In this document: piece by piece, positions 47,585-57,789 of the stretch
Numbering within the stretch: the first letter of the stretch is position 1
Layout: each line of letters begins with the position of its first letter
From: a bacterium
GTDB taxonomy: Bacteria > SAR324 > JACQKK01
Length of the DNA stretch: 64,000 nucleotides
Direction of reading: 5' to 3'
Assembly: GCA_965240465.1 (NCBI GenBank)
Contig: OZ251219.1
Coordinates: 672,001-736,000, forward strand
The notes under the pieces: model-generated
The model's input: the letters and a program-made list of their open reading frames with translations, nothing else
What the model was told of the DNA's origin: nothing
Databases searched by the model: none
Made by a program: the position numbers and the translations under genes

Positions 47585-48232
47585 CTAGACTGTGGATGGA
47601 TTTTTGGGTTGGAGAGGTTTAGAGTGGCGTTCTAGAGGGTGGCGTTTCGCAGAGTGACGCTCCTCAGAGTGACGTTCCTCAGAGTGACATTGCGGGCAGA
47701 GACCGCGGAAGTAGATATCTACTGAGAGTGTTTTGTAGTTAGGCGGGTTATATTCGGTCAGTTGCGAGGGTTTAAGGTGGATGTCCTGTATATTCATGCA
47801 GGTATTGCAGATAAAGTGCTGATGGGGTTTGGTGTCAGCATCATAATGGATGGCTTGATCTCCGAACAATTTTCGTACCAAGCCGTGCTGATGGAAGAAA
47901 TCAAGGATTTTATAGACTGTTGCGAGGGAGATGGCTTGATGTTGTTTTCGTACCCGCAGGTAGATATTTTCAGGGATGGGATGATCGCGGCTAAGTAATA
48001 GTTCTCGGTAGACGGCTTGGCGTTGAGCGGTTATTTTGATGTGGTTTTCTTGGCAGTGTTGCAGAAAGGGGATCAGCTCGGGGTACTTGGTATGAGTTAG
48101 ATCTGTTTGGGGCAGCTTTGTTTGGGGCAGCTTTGTTTGGGCCAGCTTTGTTTGGGCCAGCTTTGTTTGAGCCAGCTTTGTTTGAGCTGGGAGGAGTTTG
48201 GGTTCAGTATTTGAGGGAGGGGTAGGTACCAT
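47585..48232 (-). CDS. Fur/PerR family transcriptional regulator with repeat extensions
   Basis: KITAQRQAV, SLATVYK.L, HQHFICNTC...GLCPQC. Confidence 0.9.
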   Translation of the reverse strand: MVPTPPSNTEPKLLPAQTKLAQTKLAQTKLAQTKLPQTKLPQTDLTHTKYPELIPFLQHCQENHIKITAQRQAVYRELLLSRDHPIPENIYLRVRKQHQAISLATVYKILDFFHQHGLVRKLFGDQAIHYDADTKPHQHFICNTCMNIQDIHLKPSQLTEYNPPNYKTLSVDIYFRGLCPQCHSEERHSEERHSAKRHPLERHSKPLQPKNPSTV

Positions 48233-48367
48233 TTAATTGAGTTGGAGGGAAATATATCTAGAAGCAAGGAGCGATAAAGACGAGAGTAATTTTGGGCTTG
48301 TGTTTATGGTACTTGTTTTTTGGATTTAATCCAGATTCTACAATAGAAACACTGTGAACAATGTTTT

Positions 48368-49747
48368 TCAGGGTTTTAAGCTGGTGTTTTTATTGTAGAA
48401 TATGGCTAATCGGTTGTTATAAGGTTGTAGCACGATGAGATCACTTCTTCCATTGTGGTTGAGATCAGCGGTGAATGGTTTTCGCATGTAGGAGCTGGTT
48501 CCGATCAGGTTGCGGGTATAGGAGTTGCCTTCTTTTTTCAAGATACCCAGGGCTCGTTTTAAGTTTTCAATTACTACTATATCATTTTTATCTCCCCGAT
48601 TGTCAAAGTTTCCCAGGGCTAGAAAGGTAGTATCGCGGGTAGTGCTGATGGGGATGTTTTCGGTTACTCCATCGTTGTTCAGAGTGAGTACATTGATTTG
48701 TCCGACATTGCGATGTCCTACCAGTAGCAAGTTAGAGTTTGCGGGAGAGAGCAGGGTTTGGGTGCGGGAGCCATCAATGGTGTAAGTGCTACTGGTATAG
48801 GTATTGTTACCATTGTGGCGGGATTTTTTAACTAGCAAGATGGTATTGCTAATGGAGGAGGCAGCTACCACATGTTTTTGGTTTGGATCACTGCCTACTA
48901 CCGCCAGCAGGGAATAGATTGAGGCAGTTTGAAAATTGCCTCTGTTATGGAAGGTATCGGCATTGGGATCATATTCCATTAAGTACAGATTTCCATCAGT
49001 GGCTAGCACTGCCAGGGTGTTGTCATCAACTGTAGCCAGTCGGATGGGTTTGATCACGGTGCCGAAGACATCATTGGTGGTGAGCTTTAATTTGGCATCG
49101 GGATCATCTAGATCAAGCTTTCCTAGTGTGCCTGTTCCATTTGGTCGGTTGTAGCTGAGGACCAGATCTTCATCATCGGTAGCAAATTGAAAAGCCCTAA
49201 GGTCTAAGATGATGGAATCGGTAGCCACAAAACGAGTACTGGAACAGCCGATGTCAGGGTCTAGCTGGCAGATAAATAAGCCCGGGTTTTTCTCATCAAG
49301 TAGGGGTACCATTGCCATGTCATTGACGATAAGTACTCTCGCGGCAGCACCGTTGAGGTTATGACTACTTCCAATGCGAGTGAGATGATCGGGGTCTAGT
49401 TTGAGTATGTGTAGCTGGGCTTGCGGTTGATGGTCTTGGTTAATTCTGGTTAGTACTGCTGCGATGTTATAGTTATGCCAGCTAGCGATATCCCATGGTT
49501 GTTTGGCATTGTTCAATTGGTCATGGTTTATGTACTGGGGGTCATCAAAGTAGGTATCGGTGGAGGTTAGGGCTTGGAAGGGTTGGTTTTGGGATTGTTT
49601 AAGGCAGCTGGAGGATAGGATTAGCAGCAGCAGAGTTGGCAGCAGCGGAGTTGGCAGCAGAGCCGAGCGAGGCTTGGTTAGCGATGAGATTGATAGCGAT
49701 GAGATTGATAGCCATGATATTTTAGGGTAGCGGGGGAGTTTGATCAT
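48368..49747 (-). CDS. Putative lipoprotein with FG-GAP/VCBS-like beta-propeller repeats
   Basis: Hydrophobic stretch ending LSSSC; GNFDNRGDKNDIVV and ADLNHNGRSDLIV motifs; start uncertain. Confidence 0.6.
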   Translation of the reverse strand: MIKLPRYPKISWLSISSLSISSLTKPRSALLPTPLLPTLLLLILSSSCLKQSQNQPFQALTSTDTYFDDPQYINHDQLNNAKQPWDIASWHNYNIAAVLTRINQDHQPQAQLHILKLDPDHLTRIGSSHNLNGAAARVLIVNDMAMVPLLDEKNPGLFICQLDPDIGCSSTRFVATDSIILDLRAFQFATDDEDLVLSYNRPNGTGTLGKLDLDDPDAKLKLTTNDVFGTVIKPIRLATVDDNTLAVLATDGNLYLMEYDPNADTFHNRGNFQTASIYSLLAVVGSDPNQKHVVAASSISNTILLVKKSRHNGNNTYTSSTYTIDGSRTQTLLSPANSNLLLVGHRNVGQINVLTLNNDGVTENIPISTTRDTTFLALGNFDNRGDKNDIVVIENLKRALGILKKEGNSYTRNLIGTSSYMRKPFTADLNHNGRSDLIVLQPYNNRLAIFYNKNTSLKP

Positions 49748-49807
49748 TTTCGGCAGGCTATTTTAAGGAGTTGGAGGCGGGTTTTTGGTTTATGGTTTGT
49801 AGTCGGG

Positions 49808-49878
49808 CTGGTCTTAGCTGGGAGGCTGGTCTTAGCTGGGAGGCTGGTCTTAGCTGGGAGGCTGGTTTTAGCTGGGAG
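49808..49878. repeat. 18-bp tandem repeat continuing the 3' end of the ATPase gene
   Basis: GGCTGGTCTTAGCTGGGA x4. Confidence 0.85.
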
Positions 49879-50719
49879 GTAGCTCACGGCGATCTGGGCA
49901 GTTTATGTGTAGAAAGTAGCACATTTCCTGCAGGCGAGAATAAACTCTAGGTCCAACTCGTTCAGCCAAGGTTTCCCGTATTTCTATGGGTTCGGCTTCT
50001 GCTATCGTGCCTGGGGGTTTTATTCTTTCAGAGATGGTTTGTCCGTGGGTGATGGCATAGTTAGTAGTGAAGACGCACATGCTACTGGCATTGTAGCGTT
50101 GAGAGATAACCGTATCCAGGATGTCTTGCTCCCATTTGGTATTACGTCCTTTGCCTAGTTCATCTATCACCAGTATTTTGGCGTCCACTAGGGGTTGGAT
50201 TAGTTCTCCATCTGAGGTGCCGTGGCTGTAGCCTGCTTTTAGATCGCTGAGCAAATGGAAGAAATCTCTAAAGATAACTGGCAGCCCGCGTTGTACAATG
50301 AATTCATGGATGAAAGCTGCTACCAGCCAAGTTTTTCCTACTCCCGAAAGCCCCGTTAACAAGATGCCCTTATGGCGATCATGATATTCTTTCACCAGCA
50401 ATTTTAGGGTACTAAAAGCCTCTTGATTGCCTTCATCTTTAAATTTGGAGTTCAAACAAGCCTCGGCATATTTAGCTGGTACCCGAGCATGATTGTAGTG
50501 TACTACCGCTTTATGCACTAAGGCACACTGACACGGAGTAGCAAATTCCCGTCCCAGCTCATCGGTCTTGAAGTTCCAGTGCTGGGAATTACATTTGGGG
50601 CAGGAGCGGGAACAATCACAGATACTGGCTCTAGCCCAGTTACCATCTGGTTCTACTACCAAGCCATGCCCGTTACATCTTGAGCAATTTGGTTCTGAGT
50701 TGGGATTTTTTTTAGTCAT
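49868..50719 (-). CDS. DnaC/IstB-like AAA+ ATPase with N-terminal Cys motifs
   Basis: CxxC motifs, GLSGVGKT, LVIDELG, TTNY, RVYSRLQEMC. Confidence 0.85.
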   Translation of the reverse strand: MTKKNPNSEPNCSRCNGHGLVVEPDGNWARASICDCSRSCPKCNSQHWNFKTDELGREFATPCQCALVHKAVVHYNHARVPAKYAEACLNSKFKDEGNQEAFSTLKLLVKEYHDRHKGILLTGLSGVGKTWLVAAFIHEFIVQRGLPVIFRDFFHLLSDLKAGYSHGTSDGELIQPLVDAKILVIDELGKGRNTKWEQDILDTVISQRYNASSMCVFTTNYAITHGQTISERIKPPGTIAEAEPIEIRETLAERVGPRVYSRLQEMCYFLHINCPDRRELPPS

Positions 50720-50844
50720 TTAATAAATCTTAGGTACATATAAAAAAACTTCTAAATAAAAGTCTATTATGTTACAGTCAGCCATTGACTACGGGTACTA
50801 TATTGGATAGGATACCCTGAAATGTATTTATTAGCATACCTCTC

Positions 50845-51639
50845 ATGAAGGAATCTTGGTTGTCTTTTTTTCGCACACGAAGCAAAGAAATATCTCCCGA
50901 TGATCGTCGGGAACGCGATAGATCTAGGGGAAGAAATGAAGGCAATAGACGGCCTAAACGCCCTGGTGGTTCTTATTCGGGCCGCCCGCACTCCCCCCGA
51001 AGCGGAAACAGGGATCCCAACCAGGGCTCAGATGAACAAGAATTCCAACAGGAAATCCTCAAACGGATAGGCTTGTTTATTAAGTCGCCAGAGGACAGCC
51101 AAGAACTGGAACCCATGAACTCTTTTCGTCGTCGGCTTGTTCATCAGTTAGCGAATTTGGCAAATTTGGACTCAGAGACCATGGGCGAAGGAAGAGAACG
51201 ATGGGTAAAATGGAACAGAACCACAAACTCCTACATCCCAAAATCCATCCCAGCCCCAACTGATGATAGTCCCCAGTACAACCGAAATCAAGATTCTAAC
51301 TATGATGATAGACCAAGATATAAATCAAATTCAGGTAGACCTCCTAGGGATTCCTCAGGTAGACCCCCTAGGGATTCTTCAGGTAGACCTCCTAGGGATT
51401 CTTCAGGGTACTCCTCAGGGCGTTCATCGGGTTTTTCCCGAGACCCAGGATTAGAAAATAAGGTTCTTTCAATATCCTGTGGCCAAGACGGCATTGAGTT
51501 GGCTCTCAAAAAGGATGGCAGCATCAATGTTTATCAACCCGAAGATGAGCCATACATCATTCATCGGAGACTGGTTACTGAGCCCCAAGTTAAGATCAAG
51601 GAAGGACGCATCCTCCAGCCTTCCGATGCTGACTGGTAA
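50845..51639 (+). CDS. R3H-domain single-stranded nucleic acid-binding protein
   Basis: LEPMNSFRRRLVH...SETMGEGRERWV; internal SSGRPPRD x3 repeat. Confidence 0.8.
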   Translation: MKESWLSFFRTRSKEISPDDRRERDRSRGRNEGNRRPKRPGGSYSGRPHSPRSGNRDPNQGSDEQEFQQEILKRIGLFIKSPEDSQELEPMNSFRRRLVHQLANLANLDSETMGEGRERWVKWNRTTNSYIPKSIPAPTDDSPQYNRNQDSNYDDRPRYKSNSGRPPRDSSGRPPRDSSGRPPRDSSGYSSGRSSGFSRDPGLENKVLSISCGQDGIELALKKDGSINVYQPEDEPYIIHRRLVTEPQVKIKEGRILQPSDADW

Positions 51640-52245
51640 GGAGAGAGCAGATGGAGCAGAAGGAGAGAGCAGAGAGGGAGAGAGCAAGGAGAGTAGAGAG
51701 GGAGGTAGCAAGGAGAGCAGAGAGGGAGCGGAGGGAGGTAGCAAGGAGAGCAGAGAGGGAGCGGAAGGAGGTAGCAAGGAGAGCAGAGAGGGAGCGGAAG
51801 GAGGTAGCAAGGATAGCAGAGAGGGAGCAGAAGAAGGAGCAGAAGAAGGAGCAGAGGGAGGTAGCAAGGATAGCAGAGAGGGAGCGGAAGAAGGAGCAGA
51901 GGGAGGTAGCAAGGAGAGCGAGGAGGTAGCAAGGAGAGGAGAGGGAGCAGATGGAGTGAGTAGGGGAGGGAGCAGAGGGAGGGAGTAAAGAGGAGGGAGT
52001 GAGCGGAAGAAGGAGCAGAGAGAGGGAGTAAAGAGGAGGGAGTGAGCGGAAGAAGGAGCAGATGGAGTGAGTAGGGGAGGGAGCAGAGGGAGGGAGTAAA
52101 GAGGAGGGAGTGAGCGGAAGAAGGAGCAGAGGGAGTGAGTAGGGGAGGGAGTAAAGAGGAGGGAGTGAGCGGAAGAAGGAGCAGAGGGAGTGAGTAGGGG
52201 AGGGAGTAAAGAGGAGGGAGTGAGCGGAAGAAGGAGCAAGGAGGG
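51640..52245. repeat. ~600-bp purine-rich composite tandem repeat between convergent genes
   Basis: Units such as GGAGGTAGCAAGGAGAGCAGAGAG and GAGGAGGGAGTGAGCGGAAGAAGGAGCAG. Confidence 0.9.
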
Positions 52246-52246
52246 A

Positions 52247-53575
52247 TTAGGGGTGGTATTCAAAAGGGAGGATATTTTCACAGTTCATGGCGCGGGTGAG
52301 AAGGGTTTCTTCTTGGAAGCGAGGAGCTACTAATTGGAGGGCTAGGGGGAGTCCGTTTTTTTGTTCTCGGGATATTGGTAGGCTGAGAGAGGGCAAGCCG
52401 AGAAAAGAGAAGGGCAGGGCTGCTATGGAGGTGCCGACGGAGTTGAGGTTTTTGGGTGCGGGTGCGGGTGTAGCGGGAAGAATGGCGATTTCCACTCTAT
52501 CCATGAGGCTGTCAAACAAGGCTTGTATGGATTGTCGGTCGCGGGTAGCGGCGAGGTAATCGGCGGCGGTGATTTTAAGTCCTTCTTCAATGAGGGAGTT
52601 GATGTTAGGGGGGTATGGAAATACGCTATGGTGTTTATTGTATTTGTGGATGGTGGCTACTTCAGCAGCTAGGATGGTGTGATGGAGTCGGGGTAGTTCT
52701 TTTATTGCGGGCGGGAGTTTTCGCTGAACAAACAGACTGCCTTTTTTTCTGAGCAGGTTGCAGAAGTTATCCAGCATGGTGCGGACATCTTGATTGCAGT
52801 TGGGGACTAGTTCATCAAGCCTCCAGATGCGTTGTGGTAGTTGAGGGACGAGGCGGGGTAGTTTATCATCCAGCAGGGCTTTAGGAGTATTTTGGGGACG
52901 GATGGTTTCCCAGAAGAGCCAAGCATCTTCCACGCTACGGGAGAGAGTGCCTAGTTGATCTAGTTGCCAGCTTAGAGGAATGATGCCTTTTGAAGGTAGG
53001 GAAGCATGCCCAGGCTTAAAACCTACCACTCCATTATAGGCAGCGGTGCTGATGATGGAACCAGAGGTTTCAGTTCCCAAGGCGATTTGACAATGGCGAT
53101 CGGCTACTGCTACCGCGGAACCGCTACAGGAGTCGCCGGGGGTATATTCCAGATGCCAAGGGTTTAAGGTAGGGGAAGGGTCAGTGAAGGCAAATGGGGA
53201 AGTAGCTGTTTTACCTAAGATAATTGCTCCGTTTTTACGCATTCGGGAAACTATTTCTGCATCGGTGGAAACCACTCGGGATGGATAGGCATTGCTTCCT
53301 GCCCGAGTAGCCATTCCGGCTACATCAATGACGTCTTGTACTCCCACGGTAATTCCGTGCAGGGGACTACGCTGGGGGTTGGCTTTTTTTTCTTCATCTA
53401 GCTGGCGGGCGGTTTTCAAGGCTTGCTCTTGATGAACTTCCGTCCAAGCTTTGAGTTGTTTATCTTGTACCAGCAGACGCTCTAAGCAGGAACGCACCAG
53501 TTTTTCACAGGATACCTTCTGGGAACGCATACCGTGAGCGGTTTCGGTTAAATTCAATTCACGAAATTCGGGCAT
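52247..53575 (-). CDS. Amidase signature (GatA-like) family protein, degenerate active site
   Basis: PLHGITVGVQD, GAIILGKT, TPGDSCSGSA, LGTETSGSI, GVVGFKP. Confidence 0.85.
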   Translation of the reverse strand: MPEFRELNLTETAHGMRSQKVSCEKLVRSCLERLLVQDKQLKAWTEVHQEQALKTARQLDEEKKANPQRSPLHGITVGVQDVIDVAGMATRAGSNAYPSRVVSTDAEIVSRMRKNGAIILGKTATSPFAFTDPSPTLNPWHLEYTPGDSCSGSAVAVADRHCQIALGTETSGSIISTAAYNGVVGFKPGHASLPSKGIIPLSWQLDQLGTLSRSVEDAWLFWETIRPQNTPKALLDDKLPRLVPQLPQRIWRLDELVPNCNQDVRTMLDNFCNLLRKKGSLFVQRKLPPAIKELPRLHHTILAAEVATIHKYNKHHSVFPYPPNINSLIEEGLKITAADYLAATRDRQSIQALFDSLMDRVEIAILPATPAPAPKNLNSVGTSIAALPFSFLGLPSLSLPISREQKNGLPLALQLVAPRFQEETLLTRAMNCENILPFEYHP

Positions 53576-53772
53576 AAAACTTATCTCTAATGCCAGTGCT
53601 TGCCATGAGCCAAAAGGGTACTCATGCCTTGTTCTAGCAAATCTTTACTCTGCCTGTCATGTTTATCTGCCTTCATGCTTTATTTGCCTTCATGCTTTAT
53701 TTGCCTTCATGCTTTATCTGCGTTCTTATTTTTCAGCAGGAGGTGAGGGGTGGGGGGTGGTGGTGGTGGTGG

Positions 53773-54942
53773 TTAGAGGTTTTGCAGTTCTTCAGCGATT
53801 AGTTCAGCAGCTCGTTGATAGGCACTGGGTTTGCCGAATTTGGAGGTAATGATTTTCAGTTGTTTTTGCATGAGTTTTCTTTGTGGTAGGGGGTGAAGTT
53901 TTTTCAATTGCTGATAGATATTTTCTGCGGTGCATTGTTTTTGTATCAGTTCGGGGATGACCATGCGTCCTGCGGTGATGTTGACGAGTGCGGCATAGGG
54001 GATTAAGAGGAGTTTTTTAAGTATCCAGAAAGTTATGGGGTTGAGGCGGTAGAAGAGTACCATAGGGACATTTGCTAAGGCGGTTTGGAAAGCAGCGGTT
54101 CCAGAGCAGACAGCTGCCAGTTGTGCCCGATGAATGACTGCGAGGAAGCATTTTTCAACTACCAGCAGGTGTTTAGCGATTCCTCTTTTGGCGATGGCTG
54201 CGTGGATGAGTTTTTTGATTTTGGGTTGGTTGAGATTATCTGACAAAGGAATGACGAAGCGAGCCTTAATGCCATTTTTAATGAGTAGCTGGGTGGCATC
54301 CAACAGGGGATGTAGGTGTCGGAGTAGTTCTTCAGCTCGGCTTCCGGGGATGATGGCGATGATTTCTCCTTGCCAGCCCGATAGTCGTTGTTGGAGGAGT
54401 TTTTTTTCTTGGCTACTGGGAACTTGCCCTACCAAAGGATGCCCAAAGAAATAGGCTCTCACCCCTGCTTTTAGATATATGTCCTTCTCAAATGGAAGTA
54501 TTAAAATGATCAGCCGAACTGATTTTTGTACCTGCCGTAGACGTCCAGCTCGGGTTGCCCAAAGCTGCGGCCCAACATAGTAAAAAACTGGAATTCCTAG
54601 CCGCTTAGCTCGCTTAGCCAATCGCAGATTAAAGCCAGAATAATCTATCAGCAACAAGGCATCAGGCTGACGCTCTTTGAGAACCATCCTCAGCCGTCTC
54701 ATGATTAACATCAGACGCGGTAAATGCCTCACCAGCTCCATTAGTCCATACGCCCTCATCGATTCAAGATCCCGCCAGAGGACCATCCCCTGTGCCTGCA
54801 TTTTCTCTCCCCCTATCCCCTCCATCTGCAAATTCGGAAGTCTGGAACGTAAACCACGCAATAACTCGCCCCCATGATTATCGCCAGAGGTTTCCCCAGC
54901 CACAACCCATAATTTCAATGGACGGGAGGAACTCTTTCTCAT
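53773..54942 (-). CDS. lpxB: Lipid-A-disaccharide synthase
   Basis: VAGETSGD, IDYSGFNLRLA, PQLWA.R, ILPFE, GHPL, PGSR, CSGT. Confidence 0.95.
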   Translation of the reverse strand: MRKSSSRPLKLWVVAGETSGDNHGGELLRGLRSRLPNLQMEGIGGEKMQAQGMVLWRDLESMRAYGLMELVRHLPRLMLIMRRLRMVLKERQPDALLLIDYSGFNLRLAKRAKRLGIPVFYYVGPQLWATRAGRLRQVQKSVRLIILILPFEKDIYLKAGVRAYFFGHPLVGQVPSSQEKKLLQQRLSGWQGEIIAIIPGSRAEELLRHLHPLLDATQLLIKNGIKARFVIPLSDNLNQPKIKKLIHAAIAKRGIAKHLLVVEKCFLAVIHRAQLAAVCSGTAAFQTALANVPMVLFYRLNPITFWILKKLLLIPYAALVNITAGRMVIPELIQKQCTAENIYQQLKKLHPLPQRKLMQKQLKIITSKFGKPSAYQRAAELIAEELQNL

Positions 54943-54984
54943 GCTCTGCTATCCTTGTCAATCCTTGCCCTCTAATAATTCTCT

Positions 54985-55215
54985 CCTAGTCACTCCCTAA
55001 CCATCACTCCCTAACCATCACTCCCCTAGTCACTCCCTAACCATCACTCCCTAACCATCACTCCCTAACCATCACTCCCCTAGTCACTCCCTAACCATCA
55101 CTCCCCTAGTCACTCCCTAACCATCACTCCCCTAGTCACTCCCTAACCATCACTCCCCTAGTCACTTCCTAACCATCACTCCCCTAGTCACTTCCTAACC
55201 ATCACTCCCCTAGTC
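54985..55215. repeat. Intergenic tandem array of 14-bp and 12-bp units
   Basis: CACTCCCTAACCAT and CACTCCCCTAGT units interleaved; no unique spacers. Confidence 0.9.
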
Positions 55216-55498
55216 ATTTGTCCCCTAATAAATTGTGCTGTCCGCGTACTTCTGCCTCCACCCTACGCTGCCACTGAATACGCTCCAACTCCTTAGCCTT
55301 AGCCAAATGAGCCTCAGCAGCTGGATGGCGTTTGAGCTGTTGACATGCTTCTGCTAAAAATTTCTGCCAACGAGGTTCATCGCTTTCCAAGTCTGCTCCT
55401 TCTTTAGCCCCTTGGAGTAATTGCTCCCAGTCCTTACTGGCTCGCCATTCCGAGCAATTCTTTTTCAGCTGTTTTAATTTATCTAGTACATTATCCAT
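55214..55498 (-). CDS. Small helical hypothetical protein
   Basis: 94-aa ORF, co-oriented with neighbours. Confidence 0.5.
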   Translation of the reverse strand: MDNVLDKLKQLKKNCSEWRASKDWEQLLQGAKEGADLESDEPRWQKFLAEACQQLKRHPAAEAHLAKAKELERIQWQRRVEAEVRGQHNLLGDK

Positions 55499-55511
55499 TG
55501 CTTATCTCGTT

Positions 55512-56222
55512 TTAGTGGTTTTTTTCTAATTCTTGACCGCGTTCCCGCAGCCAATCTCCCAATATTTGTTGTCCAACTGCCGATAACCGATACTCATCCC
55601 CAGCTACCAAGGGTTGCAGGCGAGGCACTAAATAGGTGTAATAATGAGATCGCCAATCAGCTACCAAATCCAACTTCGCCCGATATAAAACATCACCCAT
55701 TCCCAATTGACGACGCAATTTGAATACCTTAGTTAAATGCCCTGGGGCAATGAAGAGCATTTCCATTTCCACCACATCTTTGGGCATGGGGATTAGGGCT
55801 ATTCCTTGAGTTTCTTCATCGGCTAGGGGTTGCGAGACCTTAGTGGATATGTTTCTCAAGGGGACTCCTGATGTCAGGGGAGTTTTTTGGGAAGAGTCCA
55901 AGCTGTTTTCTTCCGTACCATCCAAGTGAATAAAGGAATGATGGTACCTATACACCACCACCAAGGCATGCTGGGGCAACTTACCGTGGTCATCACTTAT
56001 GACCGCCCGCACCTGAGAAGATCCTAATCCCCAGCTCCAGCTGGCTTCTTGCGGCAAACAAGATGCTAGCACTATCAGCAACAATGACGCCAACTGCCCG
56101 CTTAGCCATTTGCACTGCCTACCCATTTTGCCTATCCATTTGCTCCCGCTCGCACCGCCTACCCATTTGCCTACCCATTTGCTCGGCTGTGCTTCATATA
56201 GATGGACTAGCTTTGGTTTCAT
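55512..56222 (-). CDS. Hypothetical lipoprotein
   Basis: LLLIVLASC lipobox; start uncertain. Confidence 0.55.
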   Translation of the reverse strand: MKPKLVHLYEAQPSKWVGKWVGGASGSKWIGKMGRQCKWLSGQLASLLLIVLASCLPQEASWSWGLGSSQVRAVISDDHGKLPQHALVVVYRYHHSFIHLDGTEENSLDSSQKTPLTSGVPLRNISTKVSQPLADEETQGIALIPMPKDVVEMEMLFIAPGHLTKVFKLRRQLGMGDVLYRAKLDLVADWRSHYYTYLVPRLQPLVAGDEYRLSAVGQQILGDWLRERGQELEKNH

Positions 56223-56258
56223 CTAGTTCATGTTTTGGTTTATGGATTATCTGCTTGG

Positions 56259-56624
56259 CTATTTATGGGGGAAGTGGATTTTAGAAGCAGTGGAAGGGGC
56301 AGATTTTATTTTTGGGTTTGGATCGGCTTCCAGTTGTTGAGGATCTAGTTTATCCACCACGATTTTTCCTTGTTTTAATTCTACTAAGGCGATGAGCGGG
56401 GCTTTACTGAAGGGGGTTTCTACCAAGGGTATACGCCCCTCATTGTGGATGTCTTTGGCTCGGTTGGCGGTAGCGAGTACTTTTTCAAACAGAGTGTGTT
56501 CTCCACCGCTATAGCGGTAATCTTCCAGTATTCCTACGTGGCCTAGATCATCCGAGGGTTCGGGTTCTATAGCTTGTTCGGTATTGCTACGCTGGTTGGT
56601 GGGAGAATCTGATTTTGGTTCCAT
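56259..56624 (-). CDS. rpoZ: RNA polymerase omega subunit
   Basis: FEKVLATANRAKDI...PLV...KAPLIALVELKQGKI resembles the RpoZ consensus. Confidence 0.7.
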   Translation of the reverse strand: MEPKSDSPTNQRSNTEQAIEPEPSDDLGHVGILEDYRYSGGEHTLFEKVLATANRAKDIHNEGRIPLVETPFSKAPLIALVELKQGKIVVDKLDPQQLEADPNPKIKSAPSTASKIHFPHK

Positions 56625-56784
56625 GATTAATGCCTTATTCTATTGCCTTACTTTATTGCCCTATTCTATTGGCTTAGATCAATGCCTTGTTTTAATGTGC
56701 CGATTAGTAGAAAAATTGTTTAACCTACCATTAGAGACCATAAATGCGACTGTAGTCAAATTGAAAACCATCATTAGGGAAGTT

Positions 56785-57744
56785 TTAGGGGATAGATCTT
56801 ATTAGATCCGAGGCTAGATCTTCTAGTTCTGTGCGGCTGTGTTGACGGAGTAGGATTTCAAATTGATGGCGAGCTTCGCGTTTTTTTCCTTGTCGGAGGT
56901 TAAGATGTCCTGAGTGCCAAGCTGCTAATAGCGGATAATCATTGGTTTTCAGTTTTTCGTAGTATTTAGCGACATCATCTTCTCGGTCTTGCCGTTCGGC
57001 TATTTTTGCTAATCCTATCCAGCTGATAGCCTTTTGTAGGGGAAGTACCTTAGGATGCGAGGCTGCCTGTTGAAACGCCTTTTGAGCTTGGTCTAGGTCG
57101 TCCTGATCCCAAGCCAGCTGTGCTAAACGAAGCCATGCTATGGGAGACTGGACATAATTGCCATAACCCTCCAGAAAATTTTCTAGTGCTTGACGCTGAG
57201 GGTCTGTTTCAGACTTTCCAGCGGTCTTTTCCTTCTTTTCCTCATATTTGGTAATATCCAGCTCCAGATTTGCCTTAATTTCATCGTAGGCCTGGGCAGC
57301 CTCTAAGCGTTTTTGCCCTAGTAACCATAGTCCTACGGTGGTGGAGGATCCAATCAGTATCAAGACTCCCAAGCCACCATACACCCAAGCCCGATGAACA
57401 TTGAGATATCTTAGCACATCCAGCATACGCTCTTGGATCTTATCCTGCTTTAGCTCCTTGCGTTCAATCCTTTCAACCTTAGCAGGCCTAGCAGGTTTAC
57501 TAGCAGACCTGATCCGTGCCAATCCTGCCAGCTTGGTCAATCCTGTCAGCTTGGCTAATCCTGCCAGCTTGGTAAATCCTGCCAGCTTGGTCAATCCTGT
57601 CAGCTTGGTAAATCCTGTCAGCTTGGTCAATCCGAGTCGGGTTGATACCTGCCGTGCTAATCCAGCGAGCCGTGCCGACCAAGCAATTTTCCTTGGCTTG
57701 GCTACTCGCTTGGTCTTACCAGTTGATTTTTTGGTATCTGCCAT
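56785..57744 (-). CDS. YfgM-like membrane-anchored TPR protein
   Basis: Basic N-terminus (RKELKQD), single TM helix, TPR-like helices; (LTKLAG)n insertion. Confidence 0.65.
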   Translation of the reverse strand: MADTKKSTGKTKRVAKPRKIAWSARLAGLARQVSTRLGLTKLTGFTKLTGLTKLAGFTKLAGLAKLTGLTKLAGLARIRSASKPARPAKVERIERKELKQDKIQERMLDVLRYLNVHRAWVYGGLGVLILIGSSTTVGLWLLGQKRLEAAQAYDEIKANLELDITKYEEKKEKTAGKSETDPQRQALENFLEGYGNYVQSPIAWLRLAQLAWDQDDLDQAQKAFQQAASHPKVLPLQKAISWIGLAKIAERQDREDDVAKYYEKLKTNDYPLLAAWHSGHLNLRQGKKREARHQFEILLRQHSRTELEDLASDLIRSIP

Positions 57745-57789
57745 TTCTGCTACTGAGTATATTAATGTTTTCTGACTATTCAGTTTTTT

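Noticed and set aside
49868-50719. IS21 element (istB)
   Set aside because: No istA transposase or terminal inverted repeats; the Cys-rich N-terminus fits a DnaC-like loader better.
51469-52281. Ser/Leu/Pro-rich and Glu/Gly-rich ORFs across the purine tract
   Set aside because: The frames are open only because of low-complexity repeats, and some overlap the flanking real genes.
52247-53575. gatA assignment
   Set aside because: No gatC/gatB neighbours, and the catalytic motifs are degenerate.
54985-55215. CRISPR array (also considered for 11952-12145, 51640-52245 and 57790-57922)
   Set aside because: Contiguous tandem units with no unique spacers.
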